Positions 48,847 to 58,201 of a stretch of 64,000 nucleotides of DNA are shown here, one piece after another (position 1 is the stretch's first letter; every line of letters begins with the position of its first letter). Source of the stretch: a virus (lineage: Duplodnaviria > Caudoviricetes). The stretch is from the IMG/VR virus record IMGVR_UViG_3300010885_021377, positions 1 to 64,000 of that record. The stretch is one strand, 5' to 3'. The notes beneath the pieces are model-generated. The model was not told the DNA's origin and did not search any database. It worked only from the letters and a program-made list of their open reading frames with translations. The position numbers and the translations under genes are program-made.

Positions 48847-49299
48847 ATGAAATTTTCTAATTTAGTTAAAAACTCTTATAAATTATTAGAACAAAGTCCT
48901 CAGGAAATGGGAGCAGACGCCGCAATGCCACCTCAAGCACCGGGAGGAGGTATACCCGGTCCAACTCCTCAACAACAACAAGCAGGAGAAGATATAGATA
49001 AAGCTGGTAAAAAAATGTCTGATCAAGTAGAAACTGCAATGGATGAGATGGTATCCCTAATTGGTAAGATTGTAGACTTTTTAAGAAATGAACAACGGAT
49101 AGGACATACTAAGTATACTCCAAAGATACAAACACTTTTAAATAAGATAAAAATTGCCACTACCTCACCCACATCAGTCCAAGGATTGGGGGATATTGAG
49201 GATGCAGTATCCGAAGTTGATGAATATTATAATAAAAAATCGGAAGAACCTGTAATCGAAGGTTTTTTCTATAAAAAATATATAAAGAAAGGTAAATAG
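48847..49299 (+). CDS. Late protein, capsid-targeting-like N-terminus
   Basis: MKFSNLVKNSYKLLEQ; TAAATA-N5-ATG. Confidence 0.55.
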   Translation: MKFSNLVKNSYKLLEQSPQEMGADAAMPPQAPGGGIPGPTPQQQQAGEDIDKAGKKMSDQVETAMDEMVSLIGKIVDFLRNEQRIGHTKYTPKIQTLLNKIKIATTSPTSVQGLGDIEDAVSEVDEYYNKKSEEPVIEGFFYKKYIKKGK

Positions 49300-49303
49300 T
49301 TTC

Positions 49304-49699
49304 ATGCCTTTAAAATCTGGATCTTCTCAAGAAACTATTAGTAAAAATATTTCAGAATTAGAACATTCAGGACGAAAGCATAAACAAGCGGTCGCAATAT
49401 CATTAGATAATGCAAAAAAAAGTAAAAATCAATCATCAGAAGATATGAAAAAAGAATCATACGACGATAAAATTAATAAGTATCTTTCAAAATATATATT
49501 TGAAGGTAAAATTAAAGACGAAGATTCTGAGGGTATTTCTCCCGAAGAAGAGAGTTTAGCAATTAAACAAAAACAGGAAGAAATTAATTCCTTAAAGAAA
49601 GCTGCCAATCCAAATTCACCGGAAGCTAAAGCTATAGCGGCAGTTGGTGGTCTTAAAAATGATAAGACCAAAAAACCAGCACTTACTTCTACTCTATAA
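49304..49699 (+). CDS. Hypothetical phage protein (MPLK.G.S..TIS.NISEL family)
   Basis: N-terminal 40 aa resemble a widespread small phage protein motif. Confidence 0.5.
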   Translation: MPLKSGSSQETISKNISELEHSGRKHKQAVAISLDNAKKSKNQSSEDMKKESYDDKINKYLSKYIFEGKIKDEDSEGISPEEESLAIKQKQEEINSLKKAANPNSPEAKAIAAVGGLKNDKTKKPALTSTL

Positions 49700-49714
49700 T
49701 GACTAAATAATTGA

Positions 49715-50122
49715 ATGATCCTATTCAAGGAATTTTATTCAAATTTAGAACCCAAAGTTACGTTTTTACCTAAAGAAAACATAACTATACGAGATGTTGG
49801 TACTTATACTGCAAAAGTAGATACAGGAAATGATGCATATAATGCTTTACATGGAGAAGATATAAAGATTGATGGTAATGTCGTAACCTTCAAAACCGAT
49901 AACGGAAAAGAAATACAAAAACCTTTAATAGATACTATCAAGATTAATGTAGGAGCTTCTACTGTAGAAAATCGACCTATTGTAAAGTTCGATTTTAAAC
50001 TTAAAGGAAAAATATATAAGGATATAAAATTTAGTATCTGTGATCGAAAAGATAATGACGAAAAAGTTTTATTAGGATTAGATTTTCTAAAACCTATAAA
50101 TGCTGTAATAGAAGTTAAATAA
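49715..50122 (+). CDS. Retropepsin-like aspartyl protease (RimK-associated family)
   Basis: AKVDTGN catalytic DTG motif; ENRPIVK, FSICDR, VLLGLDFL; TAAATA-N5-ATG. Confidence 0.8.
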   Translation: MILFKEFYSNLEPKVTFLPKENITIRDVGTYTAKVDTGNDAYNALHGEDIKIDGNVVTFKTDNGKEIQKPLIDTIKINVGASTVENRPIVKFDFKLKGKIYKDIKFSICDRKDNDEKVLLGLDFLKPINAVIEVK

Positions 50123-50127
50123 TCGTT

Positions 50128-50553
50128 ATGAATAGTAGATTTGCAGAATTTTTAGGAAATGCGTTTAGAACCGCAAATCTTCGAAAAGTTAGATTAAAAG
50201 TTGATCCAGCCTTTTGTGAAAAGGGTGAAATATCTAAGTATCAAGGATACGAAGGTTATATTTTAGCAGAAGATGGTATTACTGCTAAGATGTATTTTGA
50301 AGAAATTGACGGTGGTGTGATTGCATCAATACCCTGTGACATGATTGATGTGGAAAGTGGATTATCAAAATTTGAAAAGTTTAAATTAAATGTTTTAGTA
50401 TTTTTAAAAGAGGAAAAGGGTATGTGTTTTAACAGCCCTTTGGTTCAAATGGTAATGAATTCTTCTGATATACGGATGTTGGAAACTTTTTTGAAAGATA
50501 ATGGATGTAATGACGAAGATCTTTTAAACATATATAGAACGGAATATTTATAA
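50128..50553 (+). CDS. Hypothetical protein
   Basis: 141-aa ORF in the late operon. Confidence 0.55.
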   Translation: MNSRFAEFLGNAFRTANLRKVRLKVDPAFCEKGEISKYQGYEGYILAEDGITAKMYFEEIDGGVIASIPCDMIDVESGLSKFEKFKLNVLVFLKEEKGMCFNSPLVQMVMNSSDIRMLETFLKDNGCNDEDLLNIYRTEYL

Positions 50554-51227
50554 TGAAATTTAATAAGCTTTATAAGCAATATATGGAATCGTTTGTATCA
50601 GAAGGATTGTTGGGTTCTATAGCATCTGCAATTCCACGAACTATAGCATCTACAGTAGGAAATGTAGTCAAACAAGCTTATGCTGATAATCCATATGTTC
50701 AAGCATATGGTCAAGTACGACAAGCACAAAAAGGAGAAAGGGAGGCTCAAAGAACTAAAGAAGATGCCGTACTTGAAAAAGTTAAAAAAGAATTAATGGA
50801 TGATCCTTCGTTTATTAATAAAAAAATTTCATTTCAAGATCCATCTAAAAGTTTAAATGTAACAGCTTCTTACAACGAATTAACTAATTATAGGTTAACT
50901 GTAATAAACAGAGCAAGTCAAGAGGAAATTAAAGAACTTATCCAAGAAAAAGATTTAAATAATCCAAATATCTACGATGATACTGCTAAAAAACTTATAA
51001 TTGACAAAATACAAAAAGTAGTTGATCAAATGAACAAGGAAAGCAAACAAGATAAAGGAGAAGATTATAACAAAGTCAAGACCGATGTTAAACAAGTTTT
51101 ACTTAAATTGGATAGAATGCTCAAAGATTTATTTAAACCAATATCAAATGAAAATATCGGAAAAAAGATTATATGGATGTATATCATAACGGCAATTACC
51201 GGAGAAAATCTTACTATTAATCGATAA
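50553..51227 (+). CDS. Late protein, capsid-targeting-like N-terminus
   Basis: MKFNKLYKQYMESFVSE; TAATG-coupled to the upstream gene. Confidence 0.55.
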   Translation: MKFNKLYKQYMESFVSEGLLGSIASAIPRTIASTVGNVVKQAYADNPYVQAYGQVRQAQKGEREAQRTKEDAVLEKVKKELMDDPSFINKKISFQDPSKSLNVTASYNELTNYRLTVINRASQEEIKELIQEKDLNNPNIYDDTAKKLIIDKIQKVVDQMNKESKQDKGEDYNKVKTDVKQVLLKLDRMLKDLFKPISNENIGKKIIWMYIITAITGENLTINR

Positions 51228-51514
51228 TGGATGCCGATCTTTCTGCGCTATATACTAATAGAGTTCAGCCCAGAGGAAAAATAACTATGTCTAGTGGAGC
51301 ATCGTTCGGAGGAACTTCTTTTGAAAGAGACCCACATTTTATAAATTTAGAACAATCCGTATTTTCTAAAATATCGGAACTTACCAAAGAAAAAGAAACA
51401 ACCCATAGACCAGAAAATAAATCCAATAGTCTAAGGGTTGTTTCTGTAGAAGATGCAATTAAAGAATTACAAATACTTAATGTTAATGTATCTGAACCGT
51501 TTCTAGCTTCTTAA
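51227..51514 (+). CDS. Hypothetical protein
   Basis: 95-aa ORF, TAATG-coupled. Confidence 0.5.
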   Translation: MDADLSALYTNRVQPRGKITMSSGASFGGTSFERDPHFINLEQSVFSKISELTKEKETTHRPENKSNSLRVVSVEDAIKELQILNVNVSEPFLAS

Positions 51515-52250
51515 CAATAAATTTTAATATTTGAGACCTAACAACTTCGTTTTCAGTAAAAATAAAGTTGTGTATTCCCTTTTCTTCGCTTTCTTCGTTG
51601 TCGAAAACGTGACGTATTTTAGAAAATCCATTTTTCGATGCTCCAATATCAGATTGGAAACTATCTCCAATTACTATATATTTGGTATTTTCTCCAAATC
51701 GCGTTAATATAGTTGTTAATTCTGCTGTAGTCATATTTTGGGATTCATCTACGATGACTACACTATCTCTGAAAGTAAGACCTCTTACGAAATTTACGGG
51801 CATACATTTGATGTAATTATTTCTTATAAGTTCTCCTCCAATTTTAGGCCCAACCAATTCGTCCAATTTTTCAATTAAAGGCAACGACCAAGGTTGGAAT
51901 TTATCCTGCAATTCTCCGGGAAGACTCCCCATACTTTTAGATGCACTTTCTACTATAGATCTTATATAGACTATTTGACTGATTTGTTTCTTTAGCAACA
52001 TTTGTAATGCTCCATAAACTGCAAGATAAGACTTCCCTGAGCCTGCTGGGCCGTCTACAAAGACCATTTTAGTATCTTTGTATAGCATCATTTCCATGAA
52101 GGAATTATGAATATCATTTAATTTAAACTGGTTGTGTATTTTATAATTTAAAAACCATTCCTTTTTTGTGCTAGTTTCAATGTTATTGAGTAGTATATAT
52201 TCCTCGACATTGTTGTCAAGGACTTCCTTTTTCCTAGTTTTTTTAGCCAT
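51483..52250 (-). CDS. phoH: PhoH-like ATPase
   Basis: GPAGSGKSYLA, GSLPGELQDKFQP, FVRGLTF, VIVDESQNMT, TRFGEN, GDSFQSD, VVRS. Confidence 0.93.
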   Translation of the reverse strand: MAKKTRKKEVLDNNVEEYILLNNIETSTKKEWFLNYKIHNQFKLNDIHNSFMEMMLYKDTKMVFVDGPAGSGKSYLAVYGALQMLLKKQISQIVYIRSIVESASKSMGSLPGELQDKFQPWSLPLIEKLDELVGPKIGGELIRNNYIKCMPVNFVRGLTFRDSVVIVDESQNMTTAELTTILTRFGENTKYIVIGDSFQSDIGASKNGFSKIRHVFDNEESEEKGIHNFIFTENEVVRSQILKFIVKKLETVQIH

Positions 52251-52322
52251 CCCTGTTATTTATACTATAAAAATTGAAAGTCATTGTGTTTTATTATTTC
52301 TTCTGATATACTAACTAGTATC

Positions 52323-52742
52323 ATGGACGAAAAAGATACTAACAAAGTTTCTAAAATAATGATACTTCGAGCTGGAAGAGTTTTACTATTAAGATCAAAA
52401 CATCTGAATAAATTTCATTTTCCGGGGGGTCATATTAAAACTAATGAAACTTTCACTACCGGATTAATGAGAGAAGTTAAAGAAGAAACCGATTTAAATA
52501 TTTCTTCTTGTAAAATTATTTATAAAAAACATAATTTTTGTCTATTTAAAGGATGGGTATATGCTGGGAATGTTAAATTAAGTGACGAACATAACGGTTT
52601 CGTATGGGTAAAAATCGAAGATGCACATATTAAATATCCGGTTTGTAAGTTTACTATGGATGGATTAAGAATTCTTCAATACGAATGGGATAAAATAAAA
52701 AAACAGAAGAAAAGACTTGAAAACCCAGAAAACGTAGACTAA
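52323..52742 (+). CDS. Nudix hydrolase
   Basis: Nudix box PGGHIKTNETFTTGLMREVKEET; start reassigned to ATG 52323 behind TTGTGT-17-TATACT. Confidence 0.9.
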   Translation: MDEKDTNKVSKIMILRAGRVLLLRSKHLNKFHFPGGHIKTNETFTTGLMREVKEETDLNISSCKIIYKKHNFCLFKGWVYAGNVKLSDEHNGFVWVKIEDAHIKYPVCKFTMDGLRILQYEWDKIKKQKKRLENPENVD

Positions 52743-52751
52743 TATATAAAT

Positions 52752-53516
52752 ATGAGAATTTGTATTTCTGGCACAGCCAATATAGGAAAATCTACTTTAA
52801 TAAAAGACTTTATTAATAAATGGGAGATCTATAAAACACCGAAGACCTCCTATAGAGATGTAATAAAAGATAAAAATTATCCACATAATAAAAATTGTAA
52901 TAAAGAGGGGCAATGGGCAATAATGAATCATATGATCGATGATTTACAAAAATATAATAAAACTGATAATATATTGTTCGATAGAGGCCCGCTAGATTGT
53001 TTAGTATATTCTATATGGGCTTATGAAAAGGGATCATCAGATATTGATAAGATTTTTATAGATAAACTTATTCCTTTGGTAAAGGAATCTATGAAACATA
53101 TAGATTTGATATTTTTTCTTCCTGTTACTAAATTATCTCCCGTACAGATAGTGGATAATGGATCTAGAGATACGGATCCGGTCTTCATAGAAGAGATTGA
53201 TAATATTTTCAAAGCTTTGTTTTTTCAATATCAGCATAATCTGGGAAAAACCCCATTCTTCGATTCCGAAGATTGTCCAGCAATGGTAGAAATATTCGGG
53301 AATCCCGAAGAACGCATAGCATTAATCCAACAATATTTAAAAGATGATGGAGAAGTATATGGGGAAGAAGAAGATACAATTCTAAATCCTAAATCGTTGA
53401 TAGAAATCGAAAAGTTATTGAAAGAACAGGAAGATACACATTCCAAAGAACAATCCTACAAAGAACAAGAAAAATTAATAAAAGAATATATTAAAAAATC
53501 TAAGATAAAAATTTAA
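52752..53516 (+). CDS. P-loop deoxynucleoside monophosphate kinase-like protein
   Basis: ISGTANIGKST, FDRGPLDCLVY. Confidence 0.7.
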   Translation: MRICISGTANIGKSTLIKDFINKWEIYKTPKTSYRDVIKDKNYPHNKNCNKEGQWAIMNHMIDDLQKYNKTDNILFDRGPLDCLVYSIWAYEKGSSDIDKIFIDKLIPLVKESMKHIDLIFFLPVTKLSPVQIVDNGSRDTDPVFIEEIDNIFKALFFQYQHNLGKTPFFDSEDCPAMVEIFGNPEERIALIQQYLKDDGEVYGEEEDTILNPKSLIEIEKLLKEQEDTHSKEQSYKEQEKLIKEYIKKSKIKI

Positions 53517-54189
53517 TTGCGTATATATTATATATAGCATCTTCTGCTGCTGCAATATCTTCTTCAATTACTCCAAGATTATTAATCAAAGAAAGCACAT
53601 CAGAAGCACTTACCAATAATGAAGTAGTATTAATTCTTAATGGAGTTTCAGATCCCGCTAAAACTATCTTTGGACGAGTGAACTTACCCCTAATATTAAT
53701 TACTGGTATGGTGCTATCTTCCATAGTGTCTATGCTTGTAGCATATGCAGGAAATTTCGCCGCATATGCATTTGCTGGAGATATGAAAATATCTGAAGTT
53801 GTCCATAAAATTCCCGAAGGGAGTAATCCGGTGGCTTCTCTATTACCAGTTGTAATTGTGATTTGAGTTTTGGCAGCGGTTTGCTTATATGGAGATCCTG
53901 CCACGATATTAGAGACTGTAGTAGATAAATTCGTGAAGCTAGTGTCCAAGATGGATATTGCAGCCGACAATTTATTGTCCGAAATGGAAACATATGAAGA
54001 TAGATTTATCAACGAATCTGTATTTTGAGTTACAGTATTGGTAATAATAGAATTAGCGGATGGTATTATAAAATTTTTAAAATCTATAATACTAGTACCA
54101 CCGGTAGATTCTACTACAATATAATCTCCGTTTTTAGCTTCGGTTAATTCTGGTAAATCTTTAATATTGACGAATATGTCGGTTGCCAT
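53500..54189 (-). CDS. Probable virion fibre/structural protein
   Basis: N-terminus MATDIFVNIKDLPEL...DYIVV resembles the N-terminus of the 24234 fibre (MSDTFINKLPE...DY); TAAATA-N5-ATG. Confidence 0.5.
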   Translation of the reverse strand: MATDIFVNIKDLPELTEAKNGDYIVVESTGGTSIIDFKNFIIPSANSIITNTVTQNTDSLINLSSYVSISDNKLSAAISILDTSFTNLSTTVSNIVAGSPYKQTAAKTQITITTGNREATGLLPSGILWTTSDIFISPANAYAAKFPAYATSIDTMEDSTIPVINIRGKFTRPKIVLAGSETPLRINTTSLLVSASDVLSLINNLGVIEEDIAAAEDAIYNIYAIKFLS

Positions 54190-54243
54190 TTAATTATTTA
54201 ACTACTTGTATTTCATTTAGTATATGATATAATTATTTAAAAT

Positions 54244-55002
54244 ATGATTGATATTCATACTTATATATTTGTTCACGACCAAAATATAATTTTAGATTAT
54301 TTAAATATCGGAAAATTTAAAGATTTCTTAAATTTAACCTATGTATTTCTGGGTAATAGACATTCAGATAAAATAGATAAATTAGATAATGTTATTATAG
54401 TTAATAAGCTTCCTATTAATATAGAACATATACCGAAATTAACCTCATATACTGGTTGGTATGCTCTATGTGAAAATAATTTAATTAAATCTGATTATGT
54501 TAATTTATTTGAATATGATATCAACTATTCAAATAGCTTTATAGAAAAAAATAAAGCATTGATTAATTCCAAACCCGATGCTGTAGGGTATTTCAATTTA
54601 CCTGCAAAGCATCCATTATTTATAGAAGATAAAACCTATAGTGACGTTCTAATTAAAGATATTAAAGAAAAAACTGGTATCGATATGTTTCAATTAGTTG
54701 CAACTTACAGTAAGAAGAATCCAAATCTATTATGGCAGAATACCAGTAATTCGTCTTGGAAAGTTTCGATTCTTAAAGAATATGTTTTATGGGCTAAACA
54801 ATTCCAAGAGGTTTTATCTAAATTTGAATATGCTGGACATGCAATCGAACGATCTATTAGTTTTTTCTATTATATTAAAAAACTAAATGTAAGTTTAACT
54901 AGTGGATTATTGGAACATTTACAATTAAATTCACATAAATCTGATCCACTTCTACCAAAGAATGATAATAGATTTAATGAAGGTTATAAAAAATTAATAT
55001 GA
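54244..55002 (+). CDS. Putative glycosyltransferase-like protein
   Basis: YTGWY...VNLFEYDI (DxD-like) and HAIER motifs; first gene of the glycan island; promoter TTGTAT-16-TATAAT. Confidence 0.45.
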   Translation: MIDIHTYIFVHDQNIILDYLNIGKFKDFLNLTYVFLGNRHSDKIDKLDNVIIVNKLPINIEHIPKLTSYTGWYALCENNLIKSDYVNLFEYDINYSNSFIEKNKALINSKPDAVGYFNLPAKHPLFIEDKTYSDVLIKDIKEKTGIDMFQLVATYSKKNPNLLWQNTSNSSWKVSILKEYVLWAKQFQEVLSKFEYAGHAIERSISFFYYIKKLNVSLTSGLLEHLQLNSHKSDPLLPKNDNRFNEGYKKLI

Positions 55003-55667
55003 AACTTTATACGGTTTTTACAGAATCCCATATGGAGTTGTTTCAGAACTACTTCATTAAATCACTTCCATTTGATCCTAGATTAGAATTAAGAGTTTTA
55101 TTCAAAGAGCAACTTTGTAATGCAGAGTTTAGAACGAAAGGCTGGAGAGAAACGATGTATTACAAAGTCAGATGCTTCATCCAAGCTGCTAAAGAAACTA
55201 CGGACGGAGAATATTTCATTTTTTCAGATCCGGACATTCAATTTTTTAGACCGTTTTATGATGATATTATGAAACAGGTTGAAGGATATGATGCAGCATT
55301 TCAAAATGATTACGGTGGCGGAGTTAATACGGGTTTTTTTATAATGAAATCTACATCAAAAACTAGAGCTTTTTTAAATACGGTAGAAGGTAATTTAGAA
55401 AACTTCCCAGAAGAGCAAGTATGCTTTAATCATTTAATATCAAATTTTAGTAATCCAGATTATAATAAAATTACATTCAAAACCAAAATGCTTTCAGAAA
55501 ATTATTGGACTTATGGTGCTAATTATGCAGCATGGGACGGAAACTCTAAATTTACTTTGCCGAAAGATATTGTAATGCATCATGGTAATTGGACTAAATC
55601 ATTTGCAGAGAAAAAACAACTATTAAATATTGTAAGAGAAAAGTTTAATGAATTTGGAAAATTTTAA
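54999..55667 (+). CDS. Nucleotide-diphospho-sugar transferase (GT77-like)
   Basis: FIFSDPDIQF...VNTGFFIMKS...EEQVCFN...VMHHGNW. Confidence 0.75.
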   Translation: MKLYTVFTESHMELFQNYFIKSLPFDPRLELRVLFKEQLCNAEFRTKGWRETMYYKVRCFIQAAKETTDGEYFIFSDPDIQFFRPFYDDIMKQVEGYDAAFQNDYGGGVNTGFFIMKSTSKTRAFLNTVEGNLENFPEEQVCFNHLISNFSNPDYNKITFKTKMLSENYWTYGANYAAWDGNSKFTLPKDIVMHHGNWTKSFAEKKQLLNIVREKFNEFGKF

Positions 55668-56514
55668 AAAATATATATTAGATATTCCTCAAGTACCATA
55701 TCCACCATATCATGTTGGAAAGTATTTAGAAGAATATTTTATTGATTTTTATTTTAAAAATAAAAACGATTTTGATTTAACTGGATATAACCTTTTACCA
55801 GTTTCGTGGACGAATATATATAATAATCATAATCATTTAGTTCGTGATTTACAAAAAGATTTAAATGAGTTGGATTATTCTGTAAAATATTTTACTGTAT
55901 CACAACATGACGATGCTCCAAAAGAAAAACTTCCCCCAAATACTATAAAATTTTCTGCTGGAGGAAATCAACCGAATTGTGTACCTATACCATTAATTTG
56001 TAGTCCGATACCAAATATCAAAAACCCGATAAGGGATATTTTTTGTAGTTTTATAGGAAGTGCAACCCATCCAGTTAGACTAGATATGCTGCATATTTTA
56101 GTTAATAAATCAGAATATGTATTAAAACCTAAACATTGGTCACCGTCAATAGAAGATACAAGACAAGATTTATTTTTAGATCTAACTTCTAGGAGTACTT
56201 TTTCATTATGTCCAAGAGGTTACGGAACAACTAGCTTTAGATTATATGAGGCTATGCAATTAGGGGCAATACCAGTTTACATATATACAGACGAACCATA
56301 TATACCATTTTCTTTTGATTTAAATTGGAACGATTTTTGTGTATTAATCGATTCTAAATCAATATATAATATAGATAATATATTAAAATCTATTTCAAAT
56401 GAAAAAATAAATGAAATGAGAAGTCGGATAAATGATGTGTATTATAATAACTTTACTTTAGAAAGTACGTGCAAAAGGATTTTAAAATATTTAAATTATG
56501 ATAAAAATAAATAA
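55648..56514 (+). CDS. Exostosin-family glycosyltransferase (GT47-like)
   Basis: FCSFIGS...STFSLCPRGYGTTSFRLYEAMQLGAIPVYI...LNWNDFCVLI. Confidence 0.85.
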   Translation: MNLENFKKYILDIPQVPYPPYHVGKYLEEYFIDFYFKNKNDFDLTGYNLLPVSWTNIYNNHNHLVRDLQKDLNELDYSVKYFTVSQHDDAPKEKLPPNTIKFSAGGNQPNCVPIPLICSPIPNIKNPIRDIFCSFIGSATHPVRLDMLHILVNKSEYVLKPKHWSPSIEDTRQDLFLDLTSRSTFSLCPRGYGTTSFRLYEAMQLGAIPVYIYTDEPYIPFSFDLNWNDFCVLIDSKSIYNIDNILKSISNEKINEMRSRINDVYYNNFTLESTCKRILKYLNYDKNK

Positions 56515-57256
56515 TATATTCAAAGATGTATCTAAACAAGGTCTAGGTAATAGACTATTTCAGTATTGTTGGGCTAGAGATTTAGCTGTACAAAAAGGAT
56601 ATAAATTAGTATCTGATCCAATTTTAGGATTTCCTATAACATATGAACCATTAAATGGGCATTCTACCACAGATAATATTTTAATAACACCAGAAGCTAC
56701 ACAAATATTTGATATTCCTAGAATATTAAACCATAATGGTGCTATTATTGTTGCAGGATATCCACAGAGATATCAGCATTATATACAAAATAAAGATAAT
56801 ATTAAAAGCTGGCTATATGTAGAAAATGAACAGAATTATGATACTGTTGATCCTGATGATATTGTAGTTAATGTTAGATTGGGTGATTATGTAAATCTTG
56901 GTTGGGATTTAGATATGATTTATTATAAGAAATTATTGGAAAGAGAAACTTATAAAAATGCTTATATAGTTTGTGACGAACCACATAATCCAAAATTAAA
57001 AATTTTAACTGATATGGGATGTAAAATCAAAGATAATTCCTCTCATGGTAAATTAAAATTTTTAGCAGATTTTGTTTTTGTCAAATCTGCAAAAAAAACT
57101 ATTATCGCAAATAGTACTTTTAGTTGGTGGTCTTCATTTTTAGGTGATGGTATTGTTTATTATCCTTGTCTAAAATTTCCTTGGTCTAAAAATCCAAGTT
57201 CTAATGATGTGGATCTACGGCCATATGATGAAAAAAGATATAAATTTGTGATATAA
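56498..57256 (+). CDS. GT11 (alpha-1,2-fucosyltransferase-like)
   Basis: GLGNRLFQY, VNVRLGDY, IIANSTFSWW. Confidence 0.85.
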   Translation: MIKINNIFKDVSKQGLGNRLFQYCWARDLAVQKGYKLVSDPILGFPITYEPLNGHSTTDNILITPEATQIFDIPRILNHNGAIIVAGYPQRYQHYIQNKDNIKSWLYVENEQNYDTVDPDDIVVNVRLGDYVNLGWDLDMIYYKKLLERETYKNAYIVCDEPHNPKLKILTDMGCKIKDNSSHGKLKFLADFVFVKSAKKTIIANSTFSWWSSFLGDGIVYYPCLKFPWSKNPSSNDVDLRPYDEKRYKFVI

Positions 57257-58167
57257 TGAACGAATTAAAGATACACTTTGTAGATTTTTGGCCTAATTTT
57301 AAAAATGATGATAATTATTTTTATCATTTGTTGTCCACAGAATATAAAGTAATACTAGATGAACATGATCCTGATATATTATTTTATTCTTTTGATTATA
57401 CAGGAAATCCACAGCATTACAAATATAATAATAAAAGATGTATAAAAATATATTATACTGGAGAATGTAGTTTGCCTGATTATAATCAATGTCATTTTTC
57501 TTTTACATTTGAACACGAATATGACGATAGAAATTATAGACTTCCTCTTTGGGGGTTGCATATAAATTGGTTTAATATTCCGGATGATTTAAATAGAGAT
57601 CAATCATACTTACATCCATTAAATATGCTTTTAGAAAAAGAAAAGATTTTTAATAAGATTAAAAAAGAAAAATTCTGTAGTTTTATTTCTTCTAATCCAA
57701 AAGGAAATAGAATGAGCTTTGTTCCCAAATTAAATGCTGTCAAAAAAGTTGATTGTATTGGTAGATTATTTAATAATGTAACCCAAAATATTAAAGGAAG
57801 AGGAGATCAAATATGGAAAATAATAGAATTAAAACCATATAAATTTAATATTAGTTTTGAGAATACATCTCATGATGGTTATGTTACAGAAAAAATAATT
57901 CACCCGATGTTTGTAAATACAATACCAATTTATTGGGGAAGTAAAAAAGTTGGAGAAGATTTCAATTCAAAATCTTTTATATCTCAACATGACTTTTCTA
58001 GTGAAGAAGAAATGATCGATCATATAATGGAAATAGATAATAATAAAAATAAATATAAAGAAATTTTAGATCAACCTTGGTTTATTAATAATAAATATCC
58101 AGATTTTATTCTTCCTATAAATGTTATGAAATTTTTTAAAACAAAAATTTTACCAAAAATAACATAG
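57256..58167 (+). CDS. GT10 (alpha-1,3-fucosyltransferase-like)
   Basis: KFCSFISSNP; YKFNISFENTSHDGYVTEKI...IPIYWG. Confidence 0.9.
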   Translation: MNELKIHFVDFWPNFKNDDNYFYHLLSTEYKVILDEHDPDILFYSFDYTGNPQHYKYNNKRCIKIYYTGECSLPDYNQCHFSFTFEHEYDDRNYRLPLWGLHINWFNIPDDLNRDQSYLHPLNMLLEKEKIFNKIKKEKFCSFISSNPKGNRMSFVPKLNAVKKVDCIGRLFNNVTQNIKGRGDQIWKIIELKPYKFNISFENTSHDGYVTEKIIHPMFVNTIPIYWGSKKVGEDFNSKSFISQHDFSSEEEMIDHIMEIDNNKNKYKEILDQPWFINNKYPDFILPINVMKFFKTKILPKIT

Positions 58168-58201
58168 TTGATATTAATATTAATTCAAATAAATATTTAA
58201 A

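Noticed and set aside
54999-58167. Eukaryote-like GT47/GT77/GT10 suggesting a giant virus or eukaryotic DNA
   Set aside because: The surrounding gp17/18/19/32/43/46/47/55 set and bacterial promoters are clearly T4-like phage.
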